From Alphaproteobacteria bacterium (GTDB taxonomy: Bacteria; Pseudomonadota; Alphaproteobacteria; SP197): a DNA stretch of 44,674 nucleotides. Within the stretch, counting starts at the first letter, position 1. Each line of letters opens with the position of its first letter. The position numbers and the translations under genes are program-made. Positions 41,801 through 44,674 of this stretch are shown piece by piece. Location of the stretch: the NCBI GenBank assembly GCA_022822575.1, contig JAJEBJ010000455.1, forward strand, positions 1-44,674. The letters run 5' to 3'. The notes beneath the pieces are model-generated. The model ran no database searches, was not told where the DNA came from, and was given only the letters and a program-made list of their open reading frames with translations.

Positions 41801-44008
41801 GTCCATCGTCCGGATCTTCAACGAGGATGGGAACACGCGGACGAAGTTCTCGTCGCGCTTCAGGAGAGCTGCCTCTTCCAGCCACGAGACGGCAATCTTC
41901 ACCCGAGTATCGTCGGAATCCCTGTCCCTTCCGAAGTCCCCATCGATGTCTTCCTTGACGATCTCGCCGGGTGTGGCGATGACTTCGCCATCCCGCCTGG
42001 ATCGCCGTGCGAGACGCCGCAGGGACTTCAGGATCGTCGCGATCTCCTTCTTGTCGAGACGCCCGCGCGCCGAGAGACGAAACTGCTTCTCGATGTCGTC
42101 GTTGCAGTAGAGCAGGACGCAGCGGGCGGGCTCGCCATCGCGACCCGCGCGCCCGGCCTCCTGGACATAACTCTCCAGCGAGCCCGGGATGTCAGCATGG
42201 ATGACAAGGCGGATGTCGGGCTTGTCGATGCCCATGCCGAATGCGTTGGTTGCCACGATAATGCGCAGTTCGCCGTCGGTGAACTGCTGCTGGGTCTCCA
42301 GCTTGGCTTCGGGCTTGAGCCCGGCATGGTAATGGGCGGCGGCGTACCCCTTCTCCTTCAGGAATTCTGCGATCCTCTCGGTCGCGCTGCGGGTTGCGCA
42401 ATAGACGATCGCCCCCGACGTGCCATCACCGGGCAGTGCGTGTCTGAGAACTGAAACGATGTCGCCAAGCTTTCCGGTATTGTCCGTTTGAACAACGTCA
42501 AATGAGAGATTGTCACGCTGCGCGCCGCCATCGATCCTCTGGAGATCGATGTCGAGCTCCTCCCGAAAGTGTCCGCATATGTCGTCGATGACGCCGGGCT
42601 TGGCTGTTGCCGTCAGGCAGATCAGTGGAGCGGGTGCGCTGTCGGCGGAGTATTCGCGAACGAACCGCGCGATGTACCGGTAGTCCGGGCGAAAGTCGTG
42701 ACCCCACTTGGAGACGCAATGCGCTTCGTCGACGATCCAGTAACCGACCTCCCGCTGTTCCAGGATCGACCGTACCGAGGGGTTTCTCAGTTGCTCCGGC
42801 GAAACGAGAAGCATGGACGCATCGCCGAGGCGAACCCGGTCGAGCGCATCATGGCGTTCGGGCAGCGACAGGAGACCGTTGACCGTAACGCAGGACGATA
42901 TGCCCTGCCGTTTCAGGCTGGCGACCTGATCGGCCATGAGCGCAACGAGCGGCGAGATGACGACGGTGAGTGCGCCGGTCCGATGATAGGCCGCGAGCGC
43001 CGGAAGCTGATAGCACAGGGATTTGCCGGTCCCGGTCGGAAGGATTCCGAGAACCGGGGTCTTTGCGAGCCCGGCTGCGACGATGGCCTCCTGCAGGGAG
43101 CGGCCGTCACCGCCGGCCGGTTTCGGCCTGAACCCTTCGAAGCCGAACCATTTGCCAAGAAGGCTGACCGGGTCGGCCCAGGTCCGGCACCACGCGCAGT
43201 CAGGGTCGGTGCAGGATGTGTCACGGAGCCTTCGGACGAGTGCGCCGGCTTCGGGAAACTGATGGCGCACCCAAGGCGGCATGACGGAGTCGTCTCCGGC
43301 CACCGAAATCCAGGAAAGGGCGTAGGCAAGAGACCACCCGGTCCGCTCGGCCTCCAGGATCGCCTGTTTCGTCTGGCGGATGCAGGCCCGGTCGGAGAGG
43401 ACATGTCGAATGGCCTTGTTGGCCTCAGGAGCGTCGGGTCTGGGCGCATCTCTCACCGACCGGAAGACTGCGTCGAAGCCCTGCGGGTTCTCACTCGACG
43501 TGATGAGCCAGTGGAGCGCGGCCAGGAGGTCGGGATCGTGTCCTGCAAGCTTGCGCAGTTCGTCAAGCTGGCTTTGCAGGACGGTGAGGACGAGCCTGGA
43601 GTCCTGCTCGGGGTCGCTGGCGTTCCCGGCTTGCAACCGTCCATCCTTGTAGTGCTTGACCAGGCGGTGATAGGGATTGCGGGGAAAGGCGAGCGGATTG
43701 AGCCAGAGCGTGTCAATCGGAGGCTTCGCCAGGATCTGCAGTCCGGCATTCGCCTCCCTCAGATACGGCAGATCGTGCAGGATGACGTTGTGACCCAGCG
43801 CCAAGTCCGCGCCGGAAGAATAGGCATCCAGCGCGAGCAGGGCCTCCGCAAGGTTGCCACCACGATAAGTGCAGGTGACGCTCTCATCCGACCGGACGGC
43901 TGCGAAGCTCAGAATCCGGCCGGTGTTCGGATCGACTTCGAGGTCGACAGAAACGCATCTCGAGACAAGGTCCGCCTTTTCCACTGTGTTCCCGATTCCC
44001 TCCCCCAT
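38885..44008 (-). CDS. 1,707-aa multidomain protein: N-terminal DnaQ-like (DEDD) exonuclease module, RecQ-family SF2 helicase, long helical linker, UvrD/Rep-family SF1 helicase, and an unassigned C-terminal domain
   Basis: This is a single uninterrupted ORF.
- Exonuclease module: VSVDLEVD and GHNVILHD.
- RecQ core: LPTGTGKS (nt 43019-43039), VDEAHCVSKWGHDFRPDY, ATNAFGMGIDKPD and QEAGRAGRDG.
- UvrD core: AGPGSGKT (nt 40646-40666), ILVDEYQD, VGDDDQNIY, ENYRS, SAHRAKGLEFD and YYVAMTRAR. Confidence 0.85.
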   Translation of the reverse strand: MGEGIGNTVEKADLVSRCVSVDLEVDPNTGRILSFAAVRSDESVTCTYRGGNLAEALLALDAYSSGADLALGHNVILHDLPYLREANAGLQILAKPPIDTLWLNPLAFPRNPYHRLVKHYKDGRLQAGNASDPEQDSRLVLTVLQSQLDELRKLAGHDPDLLAALHWLITSSENPQGFDAVFRSVRDAPRPDAPEANKAIRHVLSDRACIRQTKQAILEAERTGWSLAYALSWISVAGDDSVMPPWVRHQFPEAGALVRRLRDTSCTDPDCAWCRTWADPVSLLGKWFGFEGFRPKPAGGDGRSLQEAIVAAGLAKTPVLGILPTGTGKSLCYQLPALAAYHRTGALTVVISPLVALMADQVASLKRQGISSCVTVNGLLSLPERHDALDRVRLGDASMLLVSPEQLRNPSVRSILEQREVGYWIVDEAHCVSKWGHDFRPDYRYIARFVREYSADSAPAPLICLTATAKPGVIDDICGHFREELDIDLQRIDGGAQRDNLSFDVVQTDNTGKLGDIVSVLRHALPGDGTSGAIVYCATRSATERIAEFLKEKGYAAAHYHAGLKPEAKLETQQQFTDGELRIIVATNAFGMGIDKPDIRLVIHADIPGSLESYVQEAGRAGRDGEPARCVLLYCNDDIEKQFRLSARGRLDKKEIATILKSLRRLARRSRRDGEVIATPGEIVKEDIDGDFGRDRDSDDTRVKIAVSWLEEAALLKRDENFVRVFPSSLKIRTMDEARERIEASSASTGYRAKLLRLVRSLFDSPPDRGISTDELCGESGFTPARLRKALSFLEELGIASNDTSITVFIHLGVEDSSRKRLVDVSGLEGELLDRMQGLAPDLKVGEVSSLSLRLASQLLRDAGHATVRPDIVEKLIRGIARDGREDAEGVGSFQVRKIDRQHLSLRLQRPWDKLTLTSRLRRRAADVLLASLADTAPARARGKDVQVPTTLGALISALGNDLELSQEISDPSSLLDHALLWLHEQAVVTLGRGLTIFRPAITIRLDPGNRKFTETDYQPLHIHYDEQTLQTHIIATYAERGLESMPDALRLMDDYFTHDRQGFVEKWLPRSAAALRRQTTPESWAAIVESLANARQARIVADDREQTSVLVLAGPGSGKTRVLVHRIAYLIRVRRQDPRGILALVYNRHAATEIRRRLVDLLGDDARGVTVSTCHGLAMRLVGASFAGQSGDISQGDFDRILRQAVSLLRGDGLSRDEAEAQRDSIIEGYRWILVDEYQDIGPDEYELIAAIAGRSVEDEDSRLSLFAVGDDDQNIYAFKGASVTFIRRFENDYSARPVHLVENYRSTANIVDAANMLIAPASDRMKAGHDIVVNQSRQKDRPGGDLERLDPVGRGRVQILRGPDDEAVQAVLAVNELERLSQQIPNWHWEKAAVIARHWRLLGPVRSYCEAHDISVQAGSDDPPSVWRLRETQSLVDWLRRHSSSVIRAADMARWVERQPPGPWWSVLRESVDDLLHELGDRETDCRDVIEWLAEWGRDARKRQTGLLLLSAHRAKGLEFDDVVILDGGWGRNSNGGDIDAERRLYYVAMTRARRSLAVVSMGSRHPFIGNMGGPAVTHRTPQVNGDGVADCRKIYRTLNLSEVVLDFAGQMAAGHPALRALDSLAAGDPISLRQDGNRVLIIDRHGIAVGCLARKYEPPKGATLVEGSVHAITVRYRSDSAESFRPRLRQERWNVVLPELVYTT

Positions 44009-44238
44009 CAGGAATACGCAACAGACATGCGGATGCCGGCCAGAGCGATGTGCAATCTAGCGGAGATCGGTCTGTCAATGAACATCGGCGCCCGTGCTGC
44101 CAATGATCCACCTGTAGCCTCATGGTTCGTGTCGCCTCGTTGCCTGCATGAACCGTCTCGCGCGGGCCGCCAGCGGCGCAGGTTCCGATGTCGTCACCGG
44201 CTTGAACGCGCCTCGCGAAGGTCCGTGAGGTCACGACG

Positions 44239-44674
44239 ATGACGTCGTTCGAAGGCCAGCCCAGGACAGAAGACGGTCTCCGGAGGGATCTTGCGACGAT
44301 AGGCATCGCTCAGGGGATGACCCTGCTGGTCCACTCCTCGCTGAGTTCGATCGGCTGGGTGGTCGGCGGGGCTCCAACCGTGGTGCGTGCACTCCTGTCC
44401 GCACTCGGGGAAGGCGGTACGTTGGTCATGCCGGCGGCGACGCCTCTTTGCGCGGATCCCGCGACATGGACGAGTCCCCGACTGCCGGAGGCCTGGCTGG
44501 ATGACGTCCGGGAGCATCTTCCGGTCTTCGACGCCCAGACGACTCCGACAACCATGGGCGCCATATGCGAGAGCTTTCGCACCTGGCCTGACACCCTGCG
44601 GAGCACTCACCCTGTCGAGTCCGTCTGTGCCCGCGGCATTGAGGCGCCAGGCATTGTCAGCGAACACCCCCTGG
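44239..44674 (+). CDS. aminoglycoside N(3)-acetyltransferase (AAC(3)/Antibiotic_NAT) family protein, N-terminal 145 codons; continues past the window edge
   Basis: This ORF is not in the supplied track because no stop falls in the window. My translation from the ATG at 44239 (GAGG 8 nt upstream) gives MTSFEGQPRTEDGLRRDLATIGIAQGMTLLVHSSLSSIGWVVGGAPTVVRALLSALGEGGTLVMPAAT..., which is the AAC(3) family N-terminal signature. Confidence 0.7.
   Translation, partial: MTSFEGQPRTEDGLRRDLATIGIAQGMTLLVHSSLSSIGWVVGGAPTVVRALLSALGEGGTLVMPAATPLCADPATWTSPRLPEAWLDDVREHLPVFDAQTTPTTMGAICESFRTWPDTLRSTHPVESVCARGIEAPGIVSEHPL

Noticed and set aside
38990-44242. Long plus-strand ORFs (38990-41113, 707 aa; 42569-44242, 557 aa) opposite the helicase gene
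   Set aside because: Their composition is Arg/Gly/Pro/Ala-rich and low in complexity, with no recognisable motif. The opposite strand carries unmistakable RecQ and UvrD motifs in one continuous frame. These are typical shadow ORFs of high-GC DNA.

Overview
This is a GC-rich chromosomal segment (judged by eye, not computed) whose gene content and order look alphaproteobacterial. I can support about 40 protein-coding genes. I found no rRNA, tRNA, CRISPR array, IS element or integrase. Gene order, left to right:
- cobalamin genes: cobI 3' end, a cbiG-cobJ fusion, and cobM;
- a nine-gene minus-strand operon joining an Ehu-type (ectoine-like) ABC importer to an M20 deacylase, two PhyH-type dioxygenases and two M24 hydrolases;
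- a class-I glutamine amidotransferase;
- a visibly AT-richer islet with an orphan ORF;
- a tightly coupled minus-strand array leuA-pmbA-msbA-waaA-lpxK-lpxL;
- a potFGHI/potDABC-type polyamine ABC importer;
- a DmpA/S58 peptidase;
- a bacterial voltage-gated Na+ channel (filter TLESWSMG);
- a histidine-ammonia-lyase-like gene translationally coupled to phnX;
- a divergent isochorismatase-like/DUF1989 pair;
- rplM-rpsI;
- enoyl-CoA hydratase, a CoA-binding protein and metY;
- a secreted pentapeptide-repeat protein;
- glnB-glnA;
- a class-I aminotransferase;
- a 1,707-aa single-gene fusion of a DnaQ-like exonuclease, a RecQ helicase and a UvrD helicase;
- the 5' part of an AAC(3)-family acetyltransferase running off the right edge.

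Three candidates are worth follow-up:
1. The giant exonuclease-RecQ-UvrD protein, a possible stand-alone nucleic-acid surveillance or defence gene.
2. The HAL-like protein, which lacks the Gly of the Ala-Ser-Gly MIO triad and is fused in an operon with phosphonoacetaldehyde hydrolase but has no phnW.
3. The non-canonical Ehu-linked catabolic operon.

All functional calls rest on motif recognition by eye. No database search was run.
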